A stretch of DNA of 60,326 bases, counting the filler, from Hausera hauseri (lineage: Eukaryota): NCBI GenBank assembly GCA_046269625.1. It is 12 parts of 12 records of this genome, joined end to end, with 100 filler letters (N's around TTAATTAATTAA, not from the genome) between each part and the next. Parts side by side here need not be neighbours in the genome. Positions count along the whole stretch, not along the records: positions 1 to 5,010 come from JBJURY010362152.1; positions 5,111 to 10,866 come from JBJURY010194192.1; positions 10,967 to 16,390 come from JBJURY010258289.1; 9 more parts are not named here. One strand, 5' to 3'. Position numbers and translations under genes: made by a program. Shown piece by piece: positions 1-13,420 of the stretch (within the stretch, counting starts at the first letter, position 1; every line of letters starts with the position of its first letter). The notes beneath the pieces are model-generated. The model saw nothing but the letters and a program-made list of their open reading frames with translations, did no database searches and was not told the origin of the DNA.

Positions 1-300
1 ATCTTCGGTCGAAAGGTCTTTCTGAGAATTAGAATACTCCTGCCATAGACCTTTGCATTCACCTTTCAGCAGCATGTCGAATGCAAATGAGAGGTCGATT
101 CTATTAAAAGTGGCAAAGTCTTTTGTATCTTCAAGCCACATTGTCGCATCCTGATTTCAACCATCAAAGAATTATGGCTTTGGGGCCAAAACATCTTAAG
201 CACTTTGAGGCAATGACGAAAAAATTTTTCGTCTTTTCTCTGCTTGCTTCTCTGTTAACGTACAGATTTCGGATTTAATATCACTGCCATGGCCACCAGT
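1..300 (-). mobile_element. Degenerate LTR-retrotransposon gag (capsid N-terminal) fragment
   Basis: The minus strand reads ...FFDG*NQDATMWLEDTKDFATFNRIDLSFAFDMLLKGECKGLWQEY..., matching the FxG...D...WL...F...L.G...W pattern of retrotransposon capsids. Interrupted and cut by the window edge. Confidence 0.4.
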
Positions 301-852
301 AAGAGAACTAGAAGACTCCATATCAATTTATTAAACTACCATAACATTCACACTATTTAAACAAATCATATTTTCTAACCGTGCTTAAGCAGGATAAATA
401 AAGTGGCAATTTTTTCAGTTCAAACAAAATATTTTAAGTAAACGTTATGTAAGAAAATGTTAGGTGCAGTTTGTCGCTTAATCTACTCACATATGGATAA
501 CTTGAGCATATTATAGGAAGATTATTGATTACATGCTAATTTCAGATATCCAAAGAATTTAAATATTGTTTGCACTTCACAAATTTATTTCTTTCATCAT
601 GTCACCCATATTTACTCAATTTTGCATCGAAAAACAAACACTATGCTATAAGAAAAGTACAAACGAATTAAACTTCAGCAATCTTGTTTTAAAAACCTAT
701 TTTTCAAGGTTAACCTACTTAGTTTTTAAAAAATTATTTTCGTCAGTTTTCAACGATTATCGTCAATTTTTCTATGGTTTACAGTTTTAAACTGAATTAC
801 ATAGCGTATCCATATTCGGTCTGTTCATCTTTTTACTTTTTGTTTTATTGAC

Positions 853-3800
853 ATGAATTATTTCGAATTGAAATACGATAAGTCAATTATTCGCGAATTC
901 CGAATACCCGAAAGGTTTATAAACTTTTCTATTTTCAATAAATGAAATTATTGTAGATTTGAGTTGACAAACAACTGCATTAAAATTGAAGGAACCGATA
1001 ATATTTGGCAAGTCAAAAATGATGACAATGTTGAAATGGAACTTAAATGTATTTACAATGGCTCAACAATCGAATTAATATACAAAAATTCCGATACATA
1101 TCAACAATGGACGAATATCTGTTCGATCAATCTCAGTGGGATTTCGTCACATTTCCACAAATCCATTATCGAAATGAGAAATTGCCATTGGATTTCCAAT
1201 TCTCAAATTGTTATCATTTATTTCCTCTATTTTGATTGGAATTATTTTGTTCGATTTGACTGTAACAGATCCCGATTGACAAACGTTGAGAAATTCCCGG
1301 AAAATGCCGTGTTTTGTCGATCACTGTCCAACATTGATTGTGTTGTTGAACCAAATAAACGGATTTTCGTTCTACTTGTCAATGAGAACAAAGAAGAACA
1401 ACAATTTGCCTGTCCTACAATCTGTGAATTGCAGAACATTCTCGACCATCGAATTATTGAGGGATTTCTGAATTTGTTTGAGTTTTGGCGTAAACGATAT
1501 GTGGAGATTAGTGAGAAAATCACAGGTGACGATAGTGATAATATGATGATTTTTCTGCTCATCAATGGAATACCAGTCCGAAAATATTTGGGATTTCTGT
1601 ACGTTCATCAATTGGTGCTTGTCGATATGATACTGGAATATTGCTATTCTTCTACTCTGTCGTCATCTTCGATGTCAATGCATGGTAACAAATTTGTGGA
1701 ACAACTGTTGAGTTTGACTAATGAATACGTGTCTGATGCGTTGGCGGTTTTACATGGAATTGTCAAATTATTTGGGATTAATTTTTCTGAACTGAAAACG
1801 AAATATGAAGGTCTTGGTAAAACAATCGAAATGCTATGCGAAACAAGCAGAACGTGCCGGAAATTAATTGTATCTTCAAGATGGTCACTGAGATTTTTCA
1901 AACGGCGTTTTGATCGCCAAACGTCAACGGATTATGTTGATAGAAATCAAAACAGTTCTTTTCCAACAAATCGACATGATTTTATTAAAGATTGTTTGAT
2001 GTCTGGTAATATCGCTGGAGTATGTATGCATCTTCAACAAACAAAAATTGGCATTCCGTCCAAGAAGGAGTATAGTGATATATCCCATGATATTATCGTT
2101 GGGTCCATTTGTCATCGGGATTGGAATGACTTGAAAGAACTTATTTTGAAATTGGGCTACGAACCGATAAAAACATTGACGTCGATTTGTCTCGACACGA
2201 ATAACACCGAGATTCGTAATTATCTTTTTGATCGATTGAATCTCGCCAAAGATTATCAACAATCGAAATCGATTGTCGACCGTTTGGAAGCTGCACACAA
2301 ATTTCATCAGTCAGAAATCAATTCGAATTCTGGAATCTTTCCAGTGTTCAACGAGACGAAACATTCGGCAATTACCGGATGTTGTTATCAGTTGAAATCG
2401 TTTATGGAAAAGATCGGTCAAATGTTTCCCAACTCAGTAAATGAAAATCCATGGTGTTGTACATCCATCAGTTCTGAATATTCCGTGAATGTTAATGATG
2501 GTATTGAAACGATGAAAGTGTGTTTGAAATGGATAGTCGATCTTCTTGATTGCAACGGTGGAGACATTCAAAAAATATCTAACATCATAGACCTTTGTCT
2601 TATCGATGCTCATTATCAACAAATCATTTTGAAGTCTGATTCGACTTATCCACTGCCAGAGGAACACCTAAAACTATTGTTATGTAAATGGCGTGATAAA
2701 GACAACATTTTGGTTGAATACATCATGGATTCCAATGATGTCGATCTCGTAAATTTTGTATTGAACTCAGAAGCCCCGCATCATTTATTAGCTGATCAAA
2801 TTATTCGAAAGTCTTTGCTGATTCTCAATCCCCAACGGGGCAAAGAAATTATCGACATAAATGAAAATACAGCATTTATAATAATTGGATCTCAGTTAAC
2901 AAAATCACCAAAAAAAGTATTTCAAATTGTCGATGAAATGTTTGTCGATGATCTCCAAACAGCTGTTGACAAATTGTCTCATGCCAGTGTAATTTCACCA
3001 ATCCATTATTCATGTCACAACAAAGGGTGTTGCTTTTCTTTGGAATCAGTTCCTCAGAAGGCATTGAAACGTATTGTAGATGATACAGTGTCTGGTATTG
3101 TACGAACCGAATCAGATGTGGAGTTTCCATTGACGTTGTTTTTTATTCTTGATCACGTCAGCGAATTCACTGTCAAAGTTGATGACATCCAGAACAGAAA
3201 CTTACAGAATACTCTATTATTGAACTCTTTGGTAAAAAATAATTCAAAAGTTGATCTGTTCCGCAGTATCTTACCGTATGACATTTTAAAATGTCAAAAC
3301 GAAAAATATTCTATGATACAGTTGGACGAAATTGTTTATGCAGCTTTGTTTTCTGGAATAACGTATGATGAAATAATGCAGTCGTCTGATCCTTGTCTCA
3401 CTGTAGTTCGAAATATTCTTGTGAAGAATAAATACTGGGACAATCTCCGAAATAGGCTCATTCGACCTAAAAATTTGTGCGAATCGTCCACAAACATCGA
3501 AGAATATTATGAAGTTAATCTGTACAATTTTCTCAAACGTTCAGGCTTTCCTTTATCGTTAGAAACAATGTTTGGCTGGCAAGAGCATAATAATTTTTCA
3601 GACAAAGCAGCCGTGGGCTTGCACACTCCGGATCTTAATGATATTCAAAAGAAACACAGTAGTCTATATTCGTACAAATGTAGTTTGGATTACATTTATT
3701 ATTTGGCTTTGGGACGGCCGTATCAGGCATTTGTCAGTATTGTTAACGAATTTTCGGTCAGTGGTAAGATACACAGTATGCCATCTGATACTGTTCGAGA

Positions 3801-4030
3801 CGTTAATCGAAGTGTTTACCAATTAGCATTTTCCAATATTGACTCACCTCAAATAATTGGTGCATCATTTGCTTTTCTTCGATTGATTGGTTCAAGTACT
3901 GAACCGTTAAAGTGCTATCTTACGATTATTGAATGGATAATTGATTGGCACGTGAACAGTTTTCAACAGAACGATAATTTTGAGTGTTCAGAGAGTCACG
4001 TGACATCCGATTTTCGGTCCTATTTTACGA
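853..4030 (+). CDS. SPG11: Spatacsin (SPG11)-like N-terminal/central portion
   Basis: LKLGYEPIKTLTSICLDTNNTEIRNYL, NLYNFLKRSGFPLSLETMFGWQ, LDYIYYLALGRPYQAF and IIGASFAFLRLIG resemble spatacsin LKNMGFDVKGQLLKICFYTTNKNIRDFL, SRLFGWQ, FAYYLHNGRPSFAF and IGAACVCFLELLG. Confidence 0.85.
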
Positions 4031-5010
4031 AAAAAATCGCTTTTCAAATAAATGACTTTTATAAACAATGTCAGGGTTTACTTCAGAGTGAAAATACTGG
4101 CTATGCCGTGAATTCCGGGCAATATAAAACCTGGAAGCGAACCTGTTGTTTGAAAGAACATCTATATTATTGTTTAAGTTATTACTATATGACCCTTGCC
4201 GCTGAAGAGGCCAATAAATATGGTGAAATTGTTGCTTGGCTGAAATTGGCCAAAGAACGATTGGAAAAATGTAACAAACCGCTCAAGGAATTAAAAAGTA
4301 GTACTGCTGATGATACAATGAAATTCGTTTTCGATGTTGTAAATGGAAAATTTGAAAATAGTAAAAAGGATAACGATTTCATCTATCATGACAAAATTCC
4401 TGAATCTATATACAGTGAACGAAAAGCCGGAATAATCAGAGAAATTCAAAAAGAGATTGATGAAAAAAATGAGGAAATTCAAAACTTTCTGACAAAAATC
4501 CAATGGAGCAACGAAAATTTAAAAATTATTGATTCGGACGCCCCACAAGATCTGTACAATTGTGCCGCATTTTTGTCGGCCAATCCAGATATTTTATCAA
4601 CAATTAAAAACACCATGAAAGACATTTCTTCAATAAGTATTGAAGTTGAAGGATCATTTGAGACTCTGTCGAAAAAAATGCGCTCAGTCACAATCGACAA
4701 ATGTTTGGAATCATGGAAAAAATTTGAAACGCAATATTCCGAATTGTTAAGTAATTTTGAAGATGCAAAAGATTCCAATCTCCAGTTACGAGAAGCATTT
4801 TCATCCACTGTCCAATCCTTGAAATTATTGGATCAACCCATTGATAGTTTTGTCGAAAGTCTACCGACACTAAAACATCTGTCCAACGATGGAGACGTTA
4901 AATCATCTCTGTACGAAAGCAAGAGACTTTTAGACATCACGATTGGAGTTGACGGATCACTTTTCTGCTATCATCCGAGTTTTGCATCCAATATGCATGC
5001 TGTTATAAAA
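853..5010 (+). CDS. Chimeric open reading frame: spatacsin N-terminal half fused in frame to an HD-PTP BRO1/V fragment and a hexokinase fragment; runs off the contig end
   Basis: Exon 853-914 (MNYFELKYDKSIIREFRIPE) splices in frame to 957-5010. There is no stop for over 4 kb, and three distinct homology blocks are recognisable. Confidence 0.8.
915..956 (+). other. 42-nt spliceosomal intron
   Basis: AAAG|GTTTAT...TTGTAG|ATTT. It contains an in-frame TGA, and removing it joins ATG853 in frame to the long ORF. Confidence 0.7.
4033..4930 (+). CDS. PTPN23: HD-PTP (PTPN23)-like C-terminal BRO1 half plus start of V domain, with an internal deletion near 4405
   Basis: KIAFQINDFYKQ, AEEANKYGEIVAWL, FVFDVVNGKFENSKKDNDFIYH, YSERKAGIIRE and SNLQLREAF...LKLLDQP match HD-PTP. 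The roughly 45 aa normally between FIYHxxxP and YSEEKA are missing. Confidence 0.85.
4933..5010 (+). CDS. Hexokinase C-terminal domain fragment
   Basis: DITIGVDGSLFCYHPSFASNM matches the hexokinase TVGVDGSLYKxHPxF motif. Only 26 codons before the contig end. Confidence 0.65.
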
Positions 5011-5110
5011 NNNNNNNNNNNNNNNNNNNNNNNNNNNNNNNNNNNNNNNNNNNNTTAATTAATTAANNNNNNNNNNNNNNNNNNNNNNNNNNNNNNNNNN
5101 NNNNNNNNNN
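5011..5110. other. Artificial contig-joining linker
   Basis: 44 N + TTAATTAATTAA (stop in all six frames) + 44 N. Confidence 0.99.
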
Positions 5111-5170
5111 ATATAATTTATTTCGCGTGTCTTTGTTTTTACATTTCGTCATAAATATTTGTGCTTCGTT

Positions 5171-5635
5171 ATGGCATGACATTACGACATGTCCAATTTA
5201 ACAGAACTCATTCGTTTGTATTACTCCTTTGACGATCTCCGGAGTCACCTTTATAATTTTGATCGACCTTTACGTGATGTGTGATACTGTTTGCCCAAAG
5301 AGATACTTCTGCGTGCTGAGGAGAATCGGATGGTACGGGAACCTTATTTACGACATATGAAGCAGGTTATTGGTGACATGGACACGCTATTCGGTCAGAT
5401 TTTTTGCATTTGTCGGAAATTGGCGGATTACTATGCGTTGGATGACAATCCACGTCAAATACGGTTTGTGGACGATTTTGTCAAATGTGATTACATTCCA
5501 ACGTGGCAGTCAGCGGATCGAATTTGTTTCAAGCAACATTGCAATGTAACTAATTCCGATGTATTTATTCATTCTCTTGTAGAATTGGTTAATGCATGTG
5601 GTTCGTGTGGTAGTGATGGTGATCCGATTTTATAA
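5171..5635 (+). other. Unidentified degenerate ORF
   Basis: Coding-like stretch including ORF 5291-5635; no recognisable motif. Confidence 0.2.
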
Positions 5636-7937
5636 TTATTGGAGACTCGGGTTTAGTTGTCCTACATAAATAGAAAATAAAAGTTCGATATGGACTTGAT
5701 TGCCCTTCTGTATTTCAAACAACAACATTATATGAATAAAGATATTGTCGTTTTGGCTAATTTAATTAACAACTACAACAACAATAACAACAATAAAAGT
5801 GATTATGGGTAAAGTTAAATAAAAGAGCTGATAATCAATAATTCTACGGCACACACAGAGGGTCAATTGTTCTGATGTATCAGTGAATATTTAATCGGTA
5901 CATTTTCGCAATACTAAATTTACCAATCGTTAATGTTATATATCGATTTATCAAAGTGTGTATACACATGCCTTATACGAAAAACAGTCACATAAAATAT
6001 TATAGTATTGTGAACAATATTAATAACAGAATATAAAATAAATGTGAAAAAGAATTTTTTTAAAGAAAATATATAAAACAACAATGATAATTATTATTGT
6101 GTAATATATGTAAACTTACGTTGTTACTGGCCACTGATCGAAATACAAATAATTTAGAATCTATCTGTTATGTACATATATATCATTGCGTGTGTGTTGT
6201 CAAACATCATATCATTGTTGACCATTCAATTCGTCTATTAACTTTAATGTTGGTGTGTGAATGCAACCTAGTGTGCTAGCAATCTGTGTCACGTTATGTC
6301 TCATTTATCGCGATTCATTTCTTAATTGTCAATACACACACACTTTATCGTTGCTGTGTACGTCCATCCGACCGTCGTCACAGTATTCAATCTGCTCGGA
6401 TTTTACTATCCGCCATCGTTAGTTTCTCAAATTGAAAGACAATCATTATCATCATACGTATTGAATATAATAGACTTCATTATCAACATCCGATGACTTT
6501 ACTGTGTGGATATTACTACTTATTGTGGCTTACATTACAATCTCTTTTGTGAAGAAAAAACGTTTTCGGTTTTGTGAAATATATTTTATTTTTTTGTTGC
6601 TGATGCTTTTGGTTTTGTATAACGAACACATATTGAAACAACGGTTAAAATGATGATGATTTTCAACGACGTTTTTCACTCACTTACAATCGTCTGATCG
6701 TAAGTCGGCTATAATGTGAAATGTTTAACTATCGATAGGCTACGTGCTCAATCCATTTCACCACCGTCTGACTTGTGCAAGGGGAATTTTTGCCAATTTA
6801 AATTTCCCAATCGATTTTCCCAATGTTCCCATGGTCTGACCGAGTTGCAACCATGTCTATTGCAATTGCCAATATCGATTTACCCATTGTACACATTTCT
6901 GAGTGCTAACAACATGTTTCTTGTTATACGTGACACATTTCCTGTTTTGCTTCTTCCTCTTCTAGCGCCTCTCCGTTACATTTTAGGCATACCCCACCTA
7001 TATTAACTTTTGCTTACCAAGTCATTCGCTATCGATATGGTCCAAAGTCCATTGCTCGACCTCCTTTTCGGCCAGGGGGGGGCCTGTAAAATTTTTAGTG
7101 AAATCATCAGAATATCCAATCAGGTGGGGAAAAGTGGTCTCCCGACCAATCAGAGATTGTTTTGATAAGTGGTTTGGAGAGCTCACTTCTACCTACTTAA
7201 ATACACATGTATCGATCTAAGGAAAATCGAGAAGCATTTTGGTAAATATCGCGACATGACGGGTACAATTCACTGTAAGTGCGACCAATGTCGATCTTCT
7301 TGGCACATTATATCATCTGTCCAATTGCTGCTACAGATTTACAACGGAGTAGTCTTTGTGACGACCAGTTTCCATTTGAATCTTCGAACAATTAAGAATT
7401 CGACAGGTATTTATTTGAAGCAGCGTGTGACGCTAACAACACAGACACTCAATCACCAAACGATGTTGCGTCACAACAACAAGATCAATTGCCAAAACAA
7501 CCAATAAGGTATTCTCAACAACGGCAAACCGTCCCGTTCAATCTTTATCATAAAAACACAAAGTTACATTGTTATTATGATATTTGATATGCATGTTTTG
7601 GACTAAAGTTGGAGAATCTAAACCCAGGAGTGGCTATTTTTAAACCCCCGTATATGATTGATTTTCAAAATTATGTAGATCAAAGAATCGTGGATCAAAG
7701 ATCGATTCGAGCACCCAAATTGTTGACGAGTTTTTATATTATTCCGGATTCACGTTAATTGCAGGCCCGACATTAACAAAGCCACATGCATACTTCCGCA
7801 TAACACTCACAGACCAATAAACGCTTAGAAACTTTTCGCCGAATTTTAAATGTATTAGTGACTAGTACTACACTCATGGCCATGTAGTTAAATGGGAACA
7901 ATTAAAAATAGTCACTTTTAAGTTATTATATTTTTGG

Positions 7938-10500
7938 TCAGTAAAAATAAAATTCGAGAATTAGTAAAACAGTGTATTGCACATTTACGTAAATTGAACA
8001 TGCAGAACCCATGACTGTCACTGTGAGGTTACAAATCACAAATGTCGTTTTAAGAGATTTAGCTGCTGCGAATTGCGCAATGACTGTATCAAAGTCAATG
8101 GTATCAGCAAGTTCCTTCTCAATGGAGATGATAGCGAGGGCAATCAGTCGGGCTTGCGACATTGTTGATCGCAAGTAAGACTTGAGCAGCTTCTGCTTAG
8201 TGAATTCTCTTTCACATGAGGCAACCGACACAGGGAGGGTTAGAAAAATTTTAAGCGCATTGGTGAGGTTTGGGTATATCTCTTGCAAACCCAGATTCGT
8301 TACTAATTGCAGGAAGTCTTTGCAGATAGTCTCTTTTGCATTTTGTCACTGTAAAATGCAATAAGTTCGTGACGGATGCGTTTCATCTCTTCCAGTAGAT
8401 CCTGACCATTGACATCGGAATGATACTTCTTGGAAAAGTTGGAAATTTCTTTTCCAAGGCGGTCTTCATTATATTCATTTCAAGAAGCCGAAATCCGTTT
8501 AAATGGCATGGAAATTCTAAAAGCGTCGATTAATCTCAGGGATCATGTTGTCCAAAACGTCGGAAACCATCATCCTCCACTAGTTCACCGGGTATAGTCT
8601 TTCGTTTGTGTCTTCTTTCCTCCATTGTAATGTTGATAGCATGTTCATCTCACAGATTTTTGAACAACATATTCTCGCATTTCTTGTAAATGGGCAAGAA
8701 GGACTGTCAAATGGTTTACGAAATCTTCCAGACTGCCACCAACTACCTGGAGGCTTTTGTTCGCCACATCCACTGTTTGTAGCACAGCATGCCACATGTG
8801 CAAATGTGCAAGAAAAGAAAAATGAGACATCTGATCAATAAGAATGTCAACATCAAAACATATTTCCGATGTTTCATCTTGGCTAATAAGGTCTTCCAAG
8901 GCAGCAATCATTTCGGAATGTTGAGTAGCAACAGTACAAACTTCTTTGACTTTTGAACACCATAGAGTATCGCAGTGCCCTTTTATGTTGATCTTGACGT
9001 GGTGCTTTATTATCTCCCATCTGTGAGTCGAGGATGAGAAGAACGTTTATTTGGCAGGTGTGCACGCATATAAGGTTAAGAATGTGAGCACTGCAGGGAA
9101 CGTAACGGGCTAGCGGATACAATTCCAAAATCCGAGTTCGAACTCCTCGATTCTTGCCGGACATATTTGCAGCATTGTCGTAACTTTGGTCCCTGCACTC
9201 TTGAAGGGACAGATGATTTTCTCTCAATTTGCCAACAATTTCTTCTGTAGTTGCTTCTCCCGTCTTCCTGCGACATATGACAAAGTCGACAAAGCTTTAC
9301 AAGACTTTCACAATTCCATCTCCACAAATTTGGACATATCTGATTTATTGTGCCATCTACTCCACATGGGAAACGTCGGGCGTTGAGTCAGACATTATAG
9401 AGAAGTACTTAGCCTCTCGAATGCCAGTCAAAATGGTTGCACGAATTTTTCCAGAGATGAGAGAAATGAACTCATTTTATATGAGAGGAGACAAATATGT
9501 CACAGACTGTTTTTTCTCAGTGATATTAGACAGATGAGTTTTCAGAACACTGTCACATTTCGCAAGAAGCTCAACAGTCTCGAGGAAGTTGCCAGAATTT
9601 GTCGAGTTTGCCAAACATTTTGAGTGGTTTTTGAAAGCATATTTTTTCTTTGCCAAATACATTACGATATCAAAGGTGCGCTTCGATATTTGCGTCCATG
9701 TGTTCCTTTCCTCTTCGGTTTCTCTCTGCAATGCAATATCCAAAGTTTCCTCATGTTTTAGACCTGCCTCCAGATTTTTCCACAGATGAAAGGCTTTCTT
9801 GCGATGTATTGAATTTTCATGTTCGCTAATTCTTGAATTTAGTTTTCTCCATGTTCAAAATCCCTCCTTGCTGTTAAATGCAGATTTCATTTCCATTGAA
9901 AAAAATGCAAAAAAGCAAAATGCTGCAGATTTTTCAAATGAATAACACAGTCATAATCTTGGAACCGCACTCCCATTCTGAAGAACTTTCGTGAACCATA
10001 CTTTTGACAATGACCGCCCATCTTCTGATTCCGCAAAGTGAGCATACCTAATGCAAAATGTTTGTGGGCCGCGACGAATTAATTCTCATCGAATATTGTC
10101 CATAATGGGTAGGGGCCATTCTCCTACGTCATCAGGCTCTCCTGATTGGCATCTGCGTGGTACACCTGTTCCAAATGATCTGTTGGCTGCAGAATGGGTT
10201 GGGAAATTGTGTTATGGCCATCATCTCCTGTGATTGCCGGTGCTGTCTCTGCCAAGCTCTCAACCATGCTTCCGCCCATGTCGATTGCCTCATTCCCATT
10301 AACAATCACTATCTCCTCAGCGCCATGTTCCACTTGTTGCTCTTCTATCAGTGCATCCTCTTCCTTACCGAAGTCTCTCGACACAGTGGACAGTGACGCA
10401 TTTGGTTTATGGAGCCACGCAGAAAGTTGCCTGGACGCCTTTGTGTTTGCATTAGCCTCTTCCCGTCTCCTTTTCTTGCCTTGAGTGCCGCTTTCTTACC
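7938..10500 (-). mobile_element. hAT-superfamily (ZMYM1-like) transposase pseudogene
   Basis: GNFLETVELLAKCDSVLKTHL, QSYDNAANMSG...YVPCSAHILNL (catalytic region) and YPNLTNALKIFLTLPVSVASCERxFTKxKLLKSYLRSTMSQARL (hAT dimerisation domain). Multiple frameshifts and stops. Confidence 0.92.
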
Positions 10501-10866
10501 GTTGCAATGATTGCAGTGGCCGCTTCATAATGATTAACCTTCAAGCAAAAGAAAATTATAAAGTACAAACAACTTTGAAGAGATATAACAATAAGTAAGA
10601 AGGCACAATCAAACAAGTAGATACCTATATTATAGATAAGTTTTGCAATCAACAAGTGATGAGAAAAGGTTGTAACAAATTTAATTAAATTGTATCAGAC
10701 TGACTGTCATATTGATTTTTGATGATAACGGCTTTATCATGCATGCTCATATTGTTATTGTGTCACCATTTTGTTCGTTGGATACAAGATAAATGTATTC
10801 AGCTGAAGCCTGAATGTTACATAATTAGCATTTAGCAATTCAAAGATTACAGAGGTAGTTGCTGAT

Positions 10867-10966
10867 NNNNNNNNNNNNNNNNNNNNNNNNNNNNNNNNNN
10901 NNNNNNNNNNTTAATTAATTAANNNNNNNNNNNNNNNNNNNNNNNNNNNNNNNNNNNNNNNNNNNN
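10867..10966. other. Artificial contig-joining linker
   Basis: N44-TTAATTAATTAA-N44. Confidence 0.99.
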
Positions 10967-11890
10967 TCGGGCTTTATTGCTGAACCTATTATGGTAAATA
11001 CAAACGATGTCGGATTTTTGAAAAGCTGGTGTAAAGAATTTACGTCCCAAGCAACATTTGTTGGATTAATCCTTAAATTTAGTTTGATAATAGCGCACCA
11101 TAGGTCGAGTAGGGGACCTAGCGGATCTGAAATTTTGCGATGAAGCACGGCTATGATTGGGTGTGAATCGTTTTCGTCGCGGCATGGATAAATTGTCCAT
11201 TTTAGAAGTTAAAGCAGAAATGGCTTGGTGTAATGCCGTGTTTTCAGCCCGGAGAGTGTTTATTTGGTTATTCAGCGCTAAGATTTCTGCATTGGGTGGT
11301 GTCATAGACGGTTGTAATGTGGCTGAGACAATAGGAGTACTATGTATATTTAATATTTCATAGCTTTTGTCAGCCAGTTGTGCTAACTTTTCTAACGTAC
11401 CGGTGTCTTCAACGACGGTTAGTAAAGCGCGTAATTCTTTCGGCAACGATTAAAGGAAATATCTGCGCAATAAATCGGCATCGTTGGTCTGGTTCACTTC
11501 TAACTTGTTCAATTGGGTTAAAGATGTTTGTAAAAATTCCGAGGGTTTTTGGTTTCTTATTGAATTATTATTGAAATATTTTTGGATAATGTTATCCAGA
11601 GAAGGCTCAGTGAGTTTATGAACCGCGTTAAATAGTGTCTTGTATGGGTCTACGGTTTAAAAGATTTCGGAAAGATTTGGAAGCAGTGATTTAATACTGG
11701 CTGGCACGAGTATTAATAGACTATTTGTCTTGAAGAAAGGGTCAGTAATGTTATTTGATTTTAGCCATTGTACATAGAATTCCAGACATGTACGACTGGA
11801 ATGTTGTTCATTGGTAAAATAGTCGACACAAGGGAAATTGACCAACAAGAATGATGCAGGTAGAACTAATGGGGGTTGCTTGAATGGAAC
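10967..11890 (-). mobile_element. Ty3/Gypsy gag pseudogene (family A)
   Basis: LPKELRALLTVVEDTGTLEKLAQLADK followed by a YYxTKFKD knuckle. Homologous to 23856-24731, 28240-28799 and 57461-57748. Confidence 0.85.
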
Positions 11891-12553
11891 GTGTATATTA
11901 GGAATATCGGTGAGTTCCCGGGAATCGTTTAATGAAGATTTGGTATCGGAACCACCGAATAGGCGAGGACGATGAAGGTGAGAATAAAAAGGATGATATT
12001 AGATCGGAATAATGAAGGTGGTATCCGTTTATGCTTAGCGTGAATCTTTTTAAGTTAATTCGATGAGCCAACTTTACAAACAAATCTGCTACTGTTGCCT
12101 TAGCGTGTATGTGATGTGTGTGTATATGTTTATTTTGAAGAAAAAGAAAAATAGGGAAAAAAGGCGAGTGTCATATCAAGGGTATAGTGCGCCGCCGGGG
12201 AAACGACTGCGCCAAAACCACAGGTACTGCCACTCTGCTGCCACGCCGGGACTGCCACTCTATAATTTTCACCTGCTGGTGGGGACGCACTGACCTTTAG
12301 ACTCATTGAAGTTTGTCTTCGAGTGATCGTGTAACGTATTGTAAAAATGTAAAAGCGTATTTTTCTTCTTTTGAAGTTCGACATAGTTGGTTTATCGTAT
12401 TATTTTAATGACGAACGGAAAACAAGTTGAGAGATTATAAAATATTGTGATTTTTACTCCAAAATTTTTATCTACGCTACATGTTACGGGAAGATTGCTG
12501 GAACCTAGGAAATCAAATACGAAAATAGATAATTCTGAAAACCGTATGATCAT

Positions 12554-13084
12554 CTATCGTGATTGACGTCTTAGATTTGTAGAATCCCATTTTTTACCGA
12601 TTCCTGTAAAAGGTGTAAGTAATTTAAATGGTAATTTAAACGGTGCATTTGACACTTGAATGGTAGACTTGACAATTTTATTTATGTAAGGTTCTTTAGG
12701 TCGGTAAATAAGGGTTCGCATGTATCGTTGTATTCTAGTAATGTTATATGAGCACGCATAAGCATATAAAGGTGTTATTGAGAGATAATTAGAATACATG
12801 ATCCAACCTTTGACTTGGGAAGGCAATGGTCGAAATTTTTGAGCAATATCTTTTGGAAATTGTGTATAAATATCTGCATTCATATTTTGGTACAACACCC
12901 ACAGCCGTTTGTCTGTCAAATTTAGTTCATGATATAAATAGGCATATTTTATCGAGAGATAATTCTCGTCGTCTTTATCGATGTCTCGACACAACGGGGA
13001 CAATTTATCAGCAAGATAATAACTGTAATAAATTCCTGTAAGACGTTTGTTGATTGAATCTGTGATTTGGATAAACTGCCCCAT
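12554..13084 (-). CDS. Unidentified Tyr-rich ORF (176 aa)
   Basis: ATG-started open frame of 531 nt in AT-rich DNA; no recognised domain. Confidence 0.3.
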   Translation of the reverse strand: MGQFIQITDSINKRLTGIYYSYYLADKLSPLCRDIDKDDENYLSIKYAYLYHELNLTDKRLWVLYQNMNADIYTQFPKDIAQKFRPLPSQVKGWIMYSNYLSITPLYAYACSYNITRIQRYMRTLIYRPKEPYINKIVKSTIQVSNAPFKLPFKLLTPFTGIGKKWDSTNLRRQSR

Positions 13085-13420
13085 TATTTCATTATATCCT
13101 TCACTGGGAAATCGTCGACGAACATTATGTTCAAGATCACATATAGACTGACACCATTGTAATGAGAATATAGAATGAGAATATATAATTTCAAAATACG
13201 AAAAATAAGCCCAAATACAATTATAAACTTTTATTCAATTTTTAAATTTACAAAATCTATTATTTCAATATTTCGTTAAATTCCATTGACAAGTCAATAA
13301 TCCAAAGACACAAAAATTAGGATAAAACATGTACAACATCTACAAAAGACACACGAAAACAGATTGAAGATTAAAAACACGGAACAAGCATAAAAAAATT
13401 TCATCACAATAATCACTGAA

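Noticed and set aside
853-4030. SPG11 portion as an mRNA-derived retrocopy
   Set aside because: It retains a plausible 42-nt intron near the start.
1047-4870. Numerous 60-130 aa overlapping and antisense ORFs in the track
   Set aside because: Shadows of the long ORF with no motifs; the same applies to antisense ORFs over the transposase, pPolB and pol regions.
964-5058. Treating the 1364-aa ORF as one intact conventional gene
   Set aside because: It has three unrelated homology blocks, the listed stop is in the linker, and the true start is probably ATG853 via a short intron.
5011-5110. Regularly recurring TTAATTAATTAA palindrome flanked by N runs (11 times)
   Set aside because: Artificial six-frame-stop linker; adjacency across linkers has no biological meaning.
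7938-10500. Host ZMYM1 gene
   Set aside because: Only transposase domains are present and they are heavily disrupted; it is a decayed hAT element whose TIRs I could not identify.
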